64,000 nt of DNA, taken from contig JANXTZ010000044.1 in the NCBI GenBank assembly GCA_025352125.1, positions 148,345 through 212,344 on the forward strand. The letters are read 5' to 3'. Origin of the DNA: Deinococcales bacterium (GTDB taxonomy: Bacteria > Deinococcota > Deinococci > Deinococcales > JAAFIG01). The notes beneath the pieces were generated by a model that did no database searches, was not told the origin of the DNA, and saw only the letters and a list, made by a program, of their open reading frames with translations. Shown here in pieces: positions 46,024 through 55,260 of this stretch. The translations under genes and the position numbers were made by a program. How positions within the stretch are numbered: the stretch's first letter is position 1; each line of letters opens with the position of its first letter.

Positions 46024-48555
46024 TTAAACTTTTGCCAAACAGGTTTGCGTTGACGGGGTGACACGCTCGAGAATTGGTGCTTTGAAGCCACGAAGTCGCA
46101 GGGCGTTGGTCAGCACAAAGACGCTCGAGAAACCCATCGCCGCACCCGCCAGAACTGGACTGAGCAGCCAGCCGAAAATTGGATACAACGCACCCGCCGC
46201 CACTGGAATCAGCACGATGTTGTAAGCAAAAGCCCAGAATAAATTCAGTTTGATATTTGAGATGGTGGCTCGAGAGAGTGCCACCGCATTTGGAACGCCG
46301 CGTACATCGCCAGACATCAGAATCACGTCGGCGGTTTCGATGGCAACATCTGTGCCCGTGCCAATTGCCAGACCCACATCGGCTTGCGCCAGGGCGGGTG
46401 CGTCGTTGATGCCATCGCCGACAAAAGCGACTTTTATCCCGCCCGTTTGCAACTGCTTAATCGCGTTGGCTTTTCCGTCAGGCAGCACTTCGGCAAGAAC
46501 CTTGTCAATGCCAAGCTGCGCGGCTATCGCTCGAGCGGTGCGTTGATTGTCGCCTGTGATCATGACCACTTTGATGCCCATGTGCTGCAATGCCTCGAGT
46601 GCCAATTTTGAGCCGTCCTTGATCGGGTCTGCCACCGCCAGAATCGCGCTGAGTTTGCCGTTTACGGCAGCATAAAGCGGTGATTTACCCTGATCGCCCA
46701 AACGAATGGCGTCGCTCGAGAATCTATCAACACTCAAACCCAATTGGGTCATGAAACGGTCTGCGCCGATTTGTACAAGTTTTCCCAAAACTCGAGCCGA
46801 AACTCCAAATCCTGGACTTGCCTCAAAATCGGTTGCCGCCTCAAGCGTCACGCCCTTTTCCTTGGCAGAGTTGACAATCGCTTGCGCCATCGGGTGTTCG
46901 CTCAGGTTTTCGACGCTGGCAAGAAGGCGCAACAATTCCGTGTCTGCAATGTCGCTCGAGTTGATGAAATCCATCAATTCTGGCTTTCCCTTGGTCAGTG
47001 TGCCAGTTTTGTCCAGGGCAATCGTTTGAACGCCCTGCAACGCCTCGAGCGCGTCGCCCTTGCGGAACAGCACGCCCATCTCGGCGGCTTTGCCCGTACC
47101 GACCATGATGCTGGTTGGTGTCGCCAAGCCCATCGCGCAAGGACAGGCGATAATCAAGACCGCAACGGTGTTGACCACCGCGAAACCCAGGGCGTTGTTG
47201 CCCCCAAAAATCATCCAGAGGATAAACGTTAAGCTGGCAATTCCCAGCACAATTGGTGTGAAGACCGCCACGACCCGGTCCGCCAGCCCTTGAATCGGTG
47301 ATTTGCTGCCCTGCGCGGTTTCGACGAGTTTGATAATTTGTGCCAGCACCGTGTCCGCACCGACCGCCGTTGCCTTAAAAGTCAGTGCGCCCGTGGTGTT
47401 CAAGGTGCTGCCAACAACGCTCGAGCCAGCGTTTTTACTGACCGGAATCGGTTCGCCGGTAATCATGCTTTCATCAACGTAACTCGAGCCTGAAACCACC
47501 GTGCCGTCCACCGGAATTTTTTCGCCTGGGCGCACACTGACCAGATCGTTTGCCAGCACTTCATCGATTGGCAACTCGAGTTCAATACCGTTTCGCAGCA
47601 CCCGTGCGGTTTTGGCTTGCAAACCAATCAGTTTTTTCATGGCTTGACTGGTGCGCCCTTTGGCTATCGCCTCGAGGTACTTGCCCAGCAAAATTAAGGC
47701 GATCACCACGCCAGCCGCCTCGAAATAGACCGAGCGACCAGTCTCGGGAATTAATCCAGGCACAAACGTCTCGAGCAGCACCACCGCGCTGCTGTACCAG
47801 AAGGCGGCGCTCGTGCCGAGCATGACCAGAGAGTTCATGTCTGGACTGCCGGAAATGAGGGCTTTCCAGCCGTGGGTCAAGAAACGTCTGCCAGGACCAA
47901 AATAGACGGGTACAGCCAGTGCCAGCATCAGCCAATCCCAAACCCGCGTGGGCACAAGACCCTCCAAGAACATCATGGCGGGCATCCAGAGCATGGGGAT
48001 CATGGCGAGCAGCAAGAGCGGCACGCCAAACATTGTGGCAAAGATCAAATCACGCCTTAACACGGCAATCTCTGCCTCTCGAGCCTCCCGTTCAACGTCC
48101 GAGCGGTCTTTGCCAACTTGCGTTTTGAGCACGTCATAACCGGCGTCTTGAATGGCAGTTTTGAACTGTGTTGCGCTTGCACTTTCGGGAATGTATTGAA
48201 TGCTGGCACGTTCGGTGGCAAGGTTGACGGATGCGCTCAACACGCCAGGAACTTTGGTCAGCGCCTTCTCGACCCGAGTGACACAGGCGGCACAGGTCAT
48301 GCCCGTGACGCCCAACTCGAGATTGGCAACACGAGGCTCGTAACCAACCTCATGAATGTTCTCGAGAATTGCCGTTGGCGAAATCGCTTTGGAATCGTAA
48401 ACGACGGTGGCGCGTTCGGTGGCAAGGTTGACGGTGGCACTTTCAACGCCATTCAGTTTTTTTAAACCGCGTTCAACCCGTCCGACACAAGCCGCGCAAG
48501 TCATGCCGCCCACGCCAATCTCGAGGGTTGATTGTTGAATGTTTGGTTGAATCAT
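46024..48555 (-). CDS. copA: Copper-translocating P1B-type ATPase with two N-terminal HMA domains
   Basis: Two GMTCAACV motifs, [22 protein letters not shown]. Confidence 0.95.
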   Translation of the reverse strand: MIQPNIQQSTLEIGVGGMTCAACVGRVERGLKKLNGVESATVNLATERATVVYDSKAISPTAILENIHEVGYEPRVANLELGVTGMTCAACVTRVEKALTKVPGVLSASVNLATERASIQYIPESASATQFKTAIQDAGYDVLKTQVGKDRSDVEREAREAEIAVLRRDLIFATMFGVPLLLLAMIPMLWMPAMMFLEGLVPTRVWDWLMLALAVPVYFGPGRRFLTHGWKALISGSPDMNSLVMLGTSAAFWYSSAVVLLETFVPGLIPETGRSVYFEAAGVVIALILLGKYLEAIAKGRTSQAMKKLIGLQAKTARVLRNGIELELPIDEVLANDLVSVRPGEKIPVDGTVVSGSSYVDESMITGEPIPVSKNAGSSVVGSTLNTTGALTFKATAVGADTVLAQIIKLVETAQGSKSPIQGLADRVVAVFTPIVLGIASLTFILWMIFGGNNALGFAVVNTVAVLIIACPCAMGLATPTSIMVGTGKAAEMGVLFRKGDALEALQGVQTIALDKTGTLTKGKPELMDFINSSDIADTELLRLLASVENLSEHPMAQAIVNSAKEKGVTLEAATDFEASPGFGVSARVLGKLVQIGADRFMTQLGLSVDRFSSDAIRLGDQGKSPLYAAVNGKLSAILAVADPIKDGSKLALEALQHMGIKVVMITGDNQRTARAIAAQLGIDKVLAEVLPDGKANAIKQLQTGGIKVAFVGDGINDAPALAQADVGLAIGTGTDVAIETADVILMSGDVRGVPNAVALSRATISNIKLNLFWAFAYNIVLIPVAAGALYPIFGWLLSPVLAGAAMGFSSVFVLTNALRLRGFKAPILERVTPSTQTCLAKV

Positions 48556-48559
48556 GTTG

Positions 48560-48577
48560 TATCCCCCCTGGGGGTTA
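48560..48577. promoter_or_regulatory. Candidate CsoR operator next to the copA start (TATCCCCC-ct-GGGGGTTA)
   Basis: G/C-tract pseudo-palindrome (7 of 8 arm positions complementary) of the kind bound by CsoR-family repressors, 5 nt from the copA ATG. Confidence 0.5.
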
Positions 48578-48750
48578 GGTCCAGGTGCAGCCTACTCAGA
48601 ATTGAATCTGGCGTCAAGTCATTAACACTACAACGTCATCAGATTTTAGGATTTTCTCGAGTTTATGATTGAATTTTTTGTTTGAACCTCGAGAATCGAT
48701 GATCGATTTCAACTTGACGAAAAAACCTCTCAGGATGTATTGTTGCCTCA

Positions 48751-48768
48751 TACCCCCATAAGGGGATA
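48751..48768. promoter_or_regulatory. Candidate CsoR operator upstream of copZ-csoR (TACCCCC-ataa-GGGGATA)
   Basis: A second G/C-tract pseudo-palindrome of the same design, just upstream of SD AGGAGG and the copZ ATG. Confidence 0.5.
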
Positions 48769-48782
48769 ACAGGAGGCAAGAC

Positions 48783-48992
48783 ATGAGTATTCAACTAAAC
48801 GTCAGCGGAATGACCTGCGGACATTGCGAAACTGCGGTCGCCAAAGCCTTAAAAGGCATTGAAGGCGTGCAAGCTGTTCAGGTTGACCTTAAAAACGGAA
48901 CTGCCAAAGTCGAAGGTCAGAATGTCAATACCCAAGCCCTGATCGCGGCTGTGATTGACGAAGGTTACGGCGCAAGCATCGCAGGGGCTTGA
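48783..48992 (+). CDS. copZ: Copper chaperone CopZ (HMA domain)
   Basis: GMTCGHCETAV metal-binding motif in a 69-aa protein. Confidence 0.9.
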   Translation: MSIQLNVSGMTCGHCETAVAKALKGIEGVQAVQVDLKNGTAKVEGQNVNTQALIAAVIDEGYGASIAGA

Positions 48993-49298
48993 ATGATTGA
49001 AGCCGTTGCTGAAACTGCTGAGCCAGCCTTATGTATGCCGCTCGAGTCGCGCAAACGAGCGATTCGCCGTCTTGCGATTGCCAAAGGGCATCTCGAGAGC
49101 ATCCAACGAATGCTCGAGAATCCTCATGTCTACTGCGTGGACGTGCTGCGGCAGATCAAAGCGGTTCAGGGAGCACTCGAGGGTGCGGGTGACGTTGTGC
49201 TGCGTGGTCATCTCGAGGCGCACGTTGCCACGGCAGCCCTGCGCGGCGACGCCACCGAGATGGTGGATGAGGTGATGGAAGCCATTCGGTTGCGCTAA
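48993..49298 (+). CDS. csoR: CsoR-family metal-sensing transcriptional repressor
   Basis: RLAIAKGHLESIQRMLEN..YCVDVLRQIKAVQGAL carries the Cys and His ligand pattern of the CsoR/RcnR family. Confidence 0.9.
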   Translation: MIEAVAETAEPALCMPLESRKRAIRRLAIAKGHLESIQRMLENPHVYCVDVLRQIKAVQGALEGAGDVVLRGHLEAHVATAALRGDATEMVDEVMEAIRLR

Positions 49299-49341
49299 AA
49301 GTATTGCCACAGAACATGGCACAATTGCTTTAAACCCTCAA

Positions 49342-50265
49342 TCAAGCCACCACTTCTTCCCGCTCGAGTTGCACGCTTTCCTCGCCCAAGACCTCTGCCA
49401 AACTTAGACCCCTGGCACGTTCAATGCGGGCAATGCGTTTTTGAAACTGTGAAACCGCAAAATTCACAAATTCATCCTGCTCGAGGTTGAACGGAATCTC
49501 GCCCCTGGCAGCGGTCAAGTCAAAGAGTTCATTGACCACCCCGATGGCGGGCACGAACAATTCGCCCATTCGGGATTCAATCGCCTCCCAAACTGGGTCG
49601 CCGTGTTCGGCAACCAACCTCGAGAGCAGGTACACGCCGTAAGCGATGTGGCGCGATTCGTCTTGCTTGAATTTTTGCATGGCGTAACGCATTCCTGGCA
49701 TGATCTGGTGGCGCTCGAGAATGTTGTGATACGCGTGATACCCCGTTTCGGCTAGCACACCTTCGACAATCATGTTGTACGTGACCGAAGCTTTTGCCAG
49801 CGCCACGGGGCTGGAATCGGTTTTCAAAGCCTCGAGCGACGTGTGCAATTCCTGGTAAAAAATGGTGTGGTAACTCGGCGTGTGAAACCTCGAGAGGTCA
49901 CCGTTGGCTTGCGCCACCTCGGTCATGAAACGTCCGAACGTCTCGAGGTGTTTGGCTTCCTCCCACAAGAAACTGGTCAGGAACATTTCCTCCTCGAGTT
50001 GCCCCTGGTTGGCAATCACCATGATTAGCGGCAGCAAATCGAGCGTCACGCTTTCCTCGCCCGCCTGGTACATCGCGGCAAGGTTCAAGAGCACTTCACG
50101 CTCGAGGTCGTTCAGTGCCGCCCAATCTTTAATATCCTGAGAAAAATCGATATCGCTTGGATTCCAGATGCCAAACTTTTTGGCTTTCTGCCAGAGCCGC
50201 ATCGGGAAGCTGGCATAATTCAGTTTGCGGGTGCTGGTGGTAAACGATTCTCGAGCGATGGTCAT
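49342..50265 (-). CDS. R2-like ligand-binding oxidase (ferritin-like, RNR-R2 fold)
   Basis: Start ATG at 50265 with SD AGGAGA. Di-metal ligand motifs: QAGEESV, EEAKHLETF, AETGYHAY, DESRHIAYG. Confidence 0.8.
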   Translation of the reverse strand: MTIARESFTTSTRKLNYASFPMRLWQKAKKFGIWNPSDIDFSQDIKDWAALNDLEREVLLNLAAMYQAGEESVTLDLLPLIMVIANQGQLEEEMFLTSFLWEEAKHLETFGRFMTEVAQANGDLSRFHTPSYHTIFYQELHTSLEALKTDSSPVALAKASVTYNMIVEGVLAETGYHAYHNILERHQIMPGMRYAMQKFKQDESRHIAYGVYLLSRLVAEHGDPVWEAIESRMGELFVPAIGVVNELFDLTAARGEIPFNLEQDEFVNFAVSQFQKRIARIERARGLSLAEVLGEESVQLEREEVVA

Positions 50266-50305
50266 GGGGTTCTCCTGGGTTTTGTGAAGCTCGAGGTTGA
50301 GTAGG

Positions 50306-50418
50306 AGGGTGCGCTTCTTCTTGGTCTCAAGACGCACCTCACGGACGAGACCACTTCGGGCATGGTCGCTCCACGCACCAATCGCACATGTTTGACGGGA
50401 CGGTGCGCACGGCGCACC
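50306..50418. repeat. Pile-up of 37-nt hairpin-repeat copies and fragments between the ADH and R2lox genes
   Basis: The full variant copy is ~50318-50354 (stem GGTCTC/GAGACC, loop AAGACGCACCTCACGGAC). A 3-prime fragment TCGGGCATGGTCGCT lies at 50355-50369. Further ACGCACC / GACGGGAC fragments follow, plus the hairpin GGTGCGC-acg-GCGCACC at 50402-50418. Confidence 0.65.
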
Positions 50419-51453
50419 TTACGGGATCAAGATGACTTTGCTGGCTTGGCGTTTGTCGAACAAGTCATAACCTTCCACGGCATCACTCAAACTTAACCTG
50501 TGTGAAATCACGATTGTTGGATCAATCTTGCCGCTCGAGATGAGTGCCAGAGTCTCGTCAATGTCACGGTGAATGTTCGCCAGTCCGATTCTGAAGGTCA
50601 CGTCTTTGGTCAGGCTTTGCATCAATGGATATTCAAACGTGGTTTCGCTCGAGACGCCAACCGCCGCAATTCGACCACCAGGGCGCACGAGTTCAAACGC
50701 GAGAATGATGGTTCGAGGACCACCAACCGCCTCGATCACGGCATCCACGCCCTCGCCGTCGGTCAATTGCATGACGCGCCCGACAGGGTCAGAGGTTGAA
50801 CCATTGACGGCAATCGCGCCTAAGCTTGCCGCCAGATTTAAGCGCTCCTCGAGCAGGTCAATTGCCAGGACTCGAGCCGCGCCACGGGCAAAAGCACTCT
50901 GAATTGCCATGATGCCGACTGGACCGCAACCGATCACGGCAACGGTTTCGCCGATCATGACGCCCGCATTTTTGACCGCACCGTAAGCGGTGGTCAGAAT
51001 GTCACCCGCGAACAGGGCTTGCTCATCCTCGAGCTGGGCGGGAATTAAACGCAGGTTGACATCTGCTTTTGGGACTCGGGCGTACTCGGCTTGCGTGCCG
51101 TTGAGACTGCCGTAAATGGGTCCGTACCCAAAAACCGCGCCGCTCGAGCACAAGTGAAATTCGCCTCTAAGACACGCGTTGCACCCGCCGCAGGCGGTGT
51201 GAAACGTGCCAACCACCCGATCACCGCGTTTTAATTTGACGCTCGAGCCGGTGTCTTCGATCACGCCCGTGAATTCATGACCGCAGGTGTCGCCTGGCAT
51301 CATGGGAATGTCACCGTGGTACAGGTGCAAATCCGAACCGCAAATCGCGCAGCGCGTCACGCGAACGATCACATCGGAATCCTCGAGAAGCTCGGGTTCG
51401 GCAACGTCGGAAACGGCAATGACACCCACATCTTGAAAGGTCACGGCTTTCAT
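50419..51453 (-). CDS. Zinc-dependent medium-chain alcohol dehydrogenase family protein
   Basis: Catalytic and structural Zn ligands (CAICGSDLH, GHEFTG, CGGCNACLRGEFHLC). Rossmann motif AVIGCGPVG. Confidence 0.9.
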   Translation of the reverse strand: MKAVTFQDVGVIAVSDVAEPELLEDSDVIVRVTRCAICGSDLHLYHGDIPMMPGDTCGHEFTGVIEDTGSSVKLKRGDRVVGTFHTACGGCNACLRGEFHLCSSGAVFGYGPIYGSLNGTQAEYARVPKADVNLRLIPAQLEDEQALFAGDILTTAYGAVKNAGVMIGETVAVIGCGPVGIMAIQSAFARGAARVLAIDLLEERLNLAASLGAIAVNGSTSDPVGRVMQLTDGEGVDAVIEAVGGPRTIILAFELVRPGGRIAAVGVSSETTFEYPLMQSLTKDVTFRIGLANIHRDIDETLALISSGKIDPTIVISHRLSLSDAVEGYDLFDKRQASKVILIP

Positions 51454-51454
51454 G

Positions 51455-51877
51455 TCACTCGCCCGGGAAGATGGTTTCGACGCCGCTTGCGCCCAAGACC
51501 AATTCTTTGGCTGCCAGCACGTACCGCGCCAGCACCGCCATGTTGCCCTTCACGAGTTTCAACTTGCCGCGCAACAAGCCTGCTATCGGCTCGAGTTTCC
51601 CTTCCAGGACTTGCTTCCAGGTGAACGCATCGGCTGAGATCACATACGGCGCTCCGGCAATGTCGTCCTTGCTGGCGGCTCGAGCCTCGCGGCACTCGCC
51701 GTGCCACAAATCAAAATACACCGAGCGTGCATCGACAATGCCCAGACTGGCATCGGCTTGCATGGTCATGACCATCGCGCCCTCCCAGGTTTTGGCAGCG
51801 TTTTTATAACCCTCGCTGGCTTGCAGAACGGTGGCGGCTTGTTGCGCCCAGGCTTCAGTAAACAACTCGAGTTTCAT
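51455..51877 (-). CDS. SCP2 sterol-carrier-like domain protein
   Basis: The C-terminal G.L.P..A...GKLK..G......R pattern (GKLEPIAGLLRGKLKLVKGNMAVLARY) fits SCP2. Start ATG at 51877. A 1-nt spacer (51454) separates it from the ADH gene. Confidence 0.7.
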   Translation of the reverse strand: MKLELFTEAWAQQAATVLQASEGYKNAAKTWEGAMVMTMQADASLGIVDARSVYFDLWHGECREARAASKDDIAGAPYVISADAFTWKQVLEGKLEPIAGLLRGKLKLVKGNMAVLARYVLAAKELVLGASGVETIFPGE

Positions 51878-51921
51878 GATGCTCCCCCAATTTTGGACTG
51901 GGTTTAAGTCTATCACTCGGA

Positions 51922-52224
51922 TTACAAGTATTTTTCGACGCGAACCACGGCGACATTCTCGAGATAGGCAATCACGGCAAAATGCTGAAAGTATTTGTTC
52001 GCCACCATCTCCAGAATCGCGTCCGCAACACCCTCAGAAACTATTGTCTCGAGTTTGATGTTGCCACCCTCCCACAAAGACGCCCGAACCCCTCGGGTGC
52101 CATCGCCGTGCGCCTGGGTGATCGTGTACCCTTTTGCGCCACACGTTTTGACATCCCGAATCAGACGATCCTCGAGCAGCGCCTCAGCGATAATGGTGAT
52201 GCGAAATGCGGGAGTGGTTTTCAT
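51922..52224 (-). CDS. P-II-like signalling protein (SbtB-like)
   Basis: 100-aa P-II fold pattern (ITIIAEALLEDRLIRDVKTCGAKGYTI...T-loop-like GDGTRGVRAS...IKLETIV). It overlaps the upstream SbtA-like gene by 4 nt. Confidence 0.65.
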   Translation of the reverse strand: MKTTPAFRITIIAEALLEDRLIRDVKTCGAKGYTITQAHGDGTRGVRASLWEGGNIKLETIVSEGVADAILEMVANKYFQHFAVIAYLENVAVVRVEKYL

Positions 52225-53216
52225 ACCCGTGCTCCCAGGGCGCTCGCCACCGCGTAATACAACGGAATGCCGAGCGAGAGGTTAAATGGAAACGTGACGC
52301 CCAAAGACATGCCCAGATAATACGCGGGATTGGCTTGCGGCAACGCCACCCGAATTGCGGCGGGTCCGGCAATATAGCTGGCGCTGCCAGCCATTGCGCC
52401 CAGAACGAACGAACCACCGACGCTTAAGCCTGCAAAATGTCCCAGCACCACGCCAACTGAACCATTGATGATCGGCATGACTATCGCAAAGGCGGTCAAG
52501 AAACCACCAACTTTCAGAAAATCGCGCAAGCGACTTGCCGCGACCATGCCCATCTCGAGCAAGAACAACGTTAACGCACCCTTGAACGGGTCCACAAAAA
52601 ACGGTTTGACTTGTTCCAGACCAGCTTTTCCACTGAGCCAACCGATCACCAAGCCGCCCAGCAGGACAAACAAGCTGCGTCCGGTGAACAACTCGCGCCA
52701 AACCTCACCCATGCCCGAGTGTGCAGATTGGCTCGAGTTTGGGTTCAGGCTCGCCCGTGCCAGAAGCAACGCCACGACAATCCCTGGAACCTCGAGTGCG
52801 GCGAGAAGAGCGGGCATGAAACCCTCGAGTTCGATGTTCTGGGCTTGGGCAAAACTGAGCGCCGCCGTGAACGTGACGGCGCTGACCGAGCCGTAATGCG
52901 CGGCTATTGCGGCGGCATCGACAATGCTCAAACGCCCAAGGCGCAACAAGATTTGATACGCCACCAAGGGAATGCTGACCCCCAGGATCAGTGTCGCCAG
53001 CAGTGGTTTCCAAAACACCGCAAAGGAGGTCACCGACAATTCGCCGCCACCTTTTAAACCGATGGCGAACAGCAAATAAATGCTCAAGACCGTGTACAAC
53101 TGCTCGGGAAGTTTCAAATCCGATTTGACCCAGACCGCCACCAAACCCAGCACAAATGCCAGCACCATCGGGGAGAGTAAGTTTAAGCGCAGCAATTCGA
53201 GTGCATCCATGCGCAA
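52221..53216 (-). CDS. SbtA-family (DUF897) sodium-dependent bicarbonate transporter-like permease
   Basis: ~10 TM helices. N-terminal LLSPMVLAFVLGLVA...SDLKLP..LY..LSIYLLFAIGLKGG is typical of the family. Confidence 0.7.
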   Translation of the reverse strand: MRMDALELLRLNLLSPMVLAFVLGLVAVWVKSDLKLPEQLYTVLSIYLLFAIGLKGGGELSVTSFAVFWKPLLATLILGVSIPLVAYQILLRLGRLSIVDAAAIAAHYGSVSAVTFTAALSFAQAQNIELEGFMPALLAALEVPGIVVALLLARASLNPNSSQSAHSGMGEVWRELFTGRSLFVLLGGLVIGWLSGKAGLEQVKPFFVDPFKGALTLFLLEMGMVAASRLRDFLKVGGFLTAFAIVMPIINGSVGVVLGHFAGLSVGGSFVLGAMAGSASYIAGPAAIRVALPQANPAYYLGMSLGVTFPFNLSLGIPLYYAVASALGARV

Positions 53217-53280
53217 AAGTCTAACAAATCCCAGCTTTAGAAACGAAAGCTCGAGTGTCTGGGTTTAAAATCTTTTCAGC

Positions 53281-53667
53281 ATGAACATCACCTACCAAAC
53301 CAATCCGAAACTCGAGAATGCCGCCGTAAATGAACTTTTCTCGAGTGCCTGGGGTAAACCTTACGATTTTGATTTCCAACCCGAACTCGAGGCGGCGTTT
53401 TGTTACATTGCCGCGTTTGACGGTTCAAAGCTGGTTGGATTTGTCAAACTGGTCGGCGATGCTGGCGTTCACGCGTTTTTGCTCGACCCATCGGTCGATG
53501 CGGCTTACAAACGCCGTGGCATCGGGCGCGAACTGGTCGCTCGAGCCGTACAATTCGCTCGAGATCACGGTTGCGAATGGGTGCACGTGGATTTTGAAGA
53601 TCATCTTGAACCTTTTTACGCCGCTTGCGGTTTCAGACCGACCAAGGCGGGTTTGATTCAGCTCTGA
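53281..53667 (+). CDS. GNAT family N-acetyltransferase
   Basis: VDAAYKRRGIGRELVARAV acetyl-CoA motif. Confidence 0.8.
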   Translation: MNITYQTNPKLENAAVNELFSSAWGKPYDFDFQPELEAAFCYIAAFDGSKLVGFVKLVGDAGVHAFLLDPSVDAAYKRRGIGRELVARAVQFARDHGCEWVHVDFEDHLEPFYAACGFRPTKAGLIQL

Positions 53668-53668
53668 A

Positions 53669-55168
53669 TCAGGCTCGAGCGGCGTCTTGTACGGTTTTTT
53701 CTTTGGCGCGTTCGGTTTCGGCGCGGACTGCCAGCACTTTCTTGGTCACGACCTCGATCACACCTTCGGCGGCAACGTCGATGCTTTCGCCGTCAATGAT
53801 TGCCACACCAACGGTTTTTGCCATTTGCTCAATGTAGCCTTGCAGGGCGCGAATGTCTTCAAAATGCTCCAGGTAATGTGCCATCGGGCGGTGCTGGCTG
53901 GTTTCCTGATCGCGCAGGTAAAAGCGTTTGCGGTGCTCGGCTTCGCTTTTGACGACAATCACCACGGGCACGACAATCACATCTTTGAAGGCTTCGGTCG
54001 GCAAAAACCCTGGCACAATGTGCACCCCCTCGATCAACATGCTCGAGTGTTCGTTGCTGGCGCGTTCGATGATGGCTCTGACGCCGACTGTCACTTGCTT
54101 GACCTGATCGCGGAAACCGTCGAGCAACTGGTCTGGCGTGGGTTTCATGACCCTGCGTCCACCTTTGGATTTGTACTGCGCAGCGACATGAGGCTCGAGC
54201 GTTGCCGTCCAGGCATCAAAGGTGCTGGCGTGCAGGGTTGGAATCAAATCTTTGGCGATCATGGCTCGCATGACCTGCCGGATCGAATCGGTGCTTTCGA
54301 TGCGGGTGATGCCCAGACGGTAGGCGACCTCGGCGGCGAGGTAACTCTTGCCCGTGCCGGTCACGCCACCAATCACAATCAGAATCGGTTTTTCGGGACG
54401 ACGGATTGAGCGCAACAGCGTATAACGTCCCGCCATGTCCTCGCCAACCTCAACCCGAATAGCCGCCTCGACAATTTCGCGCAAGCCCGTGCGGTCAACG
54501 GTCGGTTCGCCGCGTTCAAAGAGTTTGAGTTCAATCTCTCGAGCCAACCTGTGCGCGTAAGCTGGGCTTAATCCTGTTGCCAGGAGTGACTGCGCCAGAA
54601 TACCCTTGGAAAATGGGAAATTAACGCCCGTGTCCTCGTCAACCACATTGACCAGACTCGCCCGTTGCCAGCGCTGAAGATAGGCATCGCGGGCTTGTTT
54701 GCCCAGTTGCTTCTCAACTTCCCCGACCGCCAGTTTCTCGAGGTCTGCGCGGTCTATGGTCGTGATGCCCGAAATCCGAAGTTGCCGCTCGAGTTCTTTT
54801 GCCAGCTCGTGCGCGTCCTTGATCGGCACGCCAGCCAACTCGAGCGATCTTGTCAGAATGCCTTTGGAAAACGGAATGCTCGAGTCGCCATCGGTCACTA
54901 CCACATCCTCAAAGGCTGGGGTCTGCGCCTCGAGCTTGTCGGCAGCCTCGCCTCCCAGTAATTCCCTCGCCTCTTCAGAGACAATTTCTTTGAGTTTGCT
55001 CGGATCAACAACCCGCAAGTTCTCGTCCAGCAGACGCTGTTCGACACGTCTGGCAATGACAATCGCGGGTTCGCGCTCGATCTCGGCGTTCAACAGCGAT
55101 TCAACCACAAGTCCTTTGGAAAAGGGCCAGGCATGTCCACCGCTCGAGACACTGATTTCTCGCATCAT
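53669..55168 (-). CDS. 2-phosphoglycerate-kinase-like P-loop kinase with three N-terminal PFSKG-type (ATP-cone-like) repeats
   Basis: Three repeats begin WPFSKGLV, IPFSKGIL and FPFSKGIL. Walker A is IGGVTGTGKS. The C-terminal half is kinase-like. Confidence 0.6.
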   Translation of the reverse strand: MMREISVSSGGHAWPFSKGLVVESLLNAEIEREPAIVIARRVEQRLLDENLRVVDPSKLKEIVSEEARELLGGEAADKLEAQTPAFEDVVVTDGDSSIPFSKGILTRSLELAGVPIKDAHELAKELERQLRISGITTIDRADLEKLAVGEVEKQLGKQARDAYLQRWQRASLVNVVDEDTGVNFPFSKGILAQSLLATGLSPAYAHRLAREIELKLFERGEPTVDRTGLREIVEAAIRVEVGEDMAGRYTLLRSIRRPEKPILIVIGGVTGTGKSYLAAEVAYRLGITRIESTDSIRQVMRAMIAKDLIPTLHASTFDAWTATLEPHVAAQYKSKGGRRVMKPTPDQLLDGFRDQVKQVTVGVRAIIERASNEHSSMLIEGVHIVPGFLPTEAFKDVIVVPVVIVVKSEAEHRKRFYLRDQETSQHRPMAHYLEHFEDIRALQGYIEQMAKTVGVAIIDGESIDVAAEGVIEVVTKKVLAVRAETERAKEKTVQDAARA

Positions 55169-55260
55169 GTACAGTCTAACGCATCCGACGTGAAATCACC
55201 GTGAAGAGAAACCAAAGGCTTCTTTTGGTTGCGTCTCAATGCACAAGAAATGGCTCGAGC

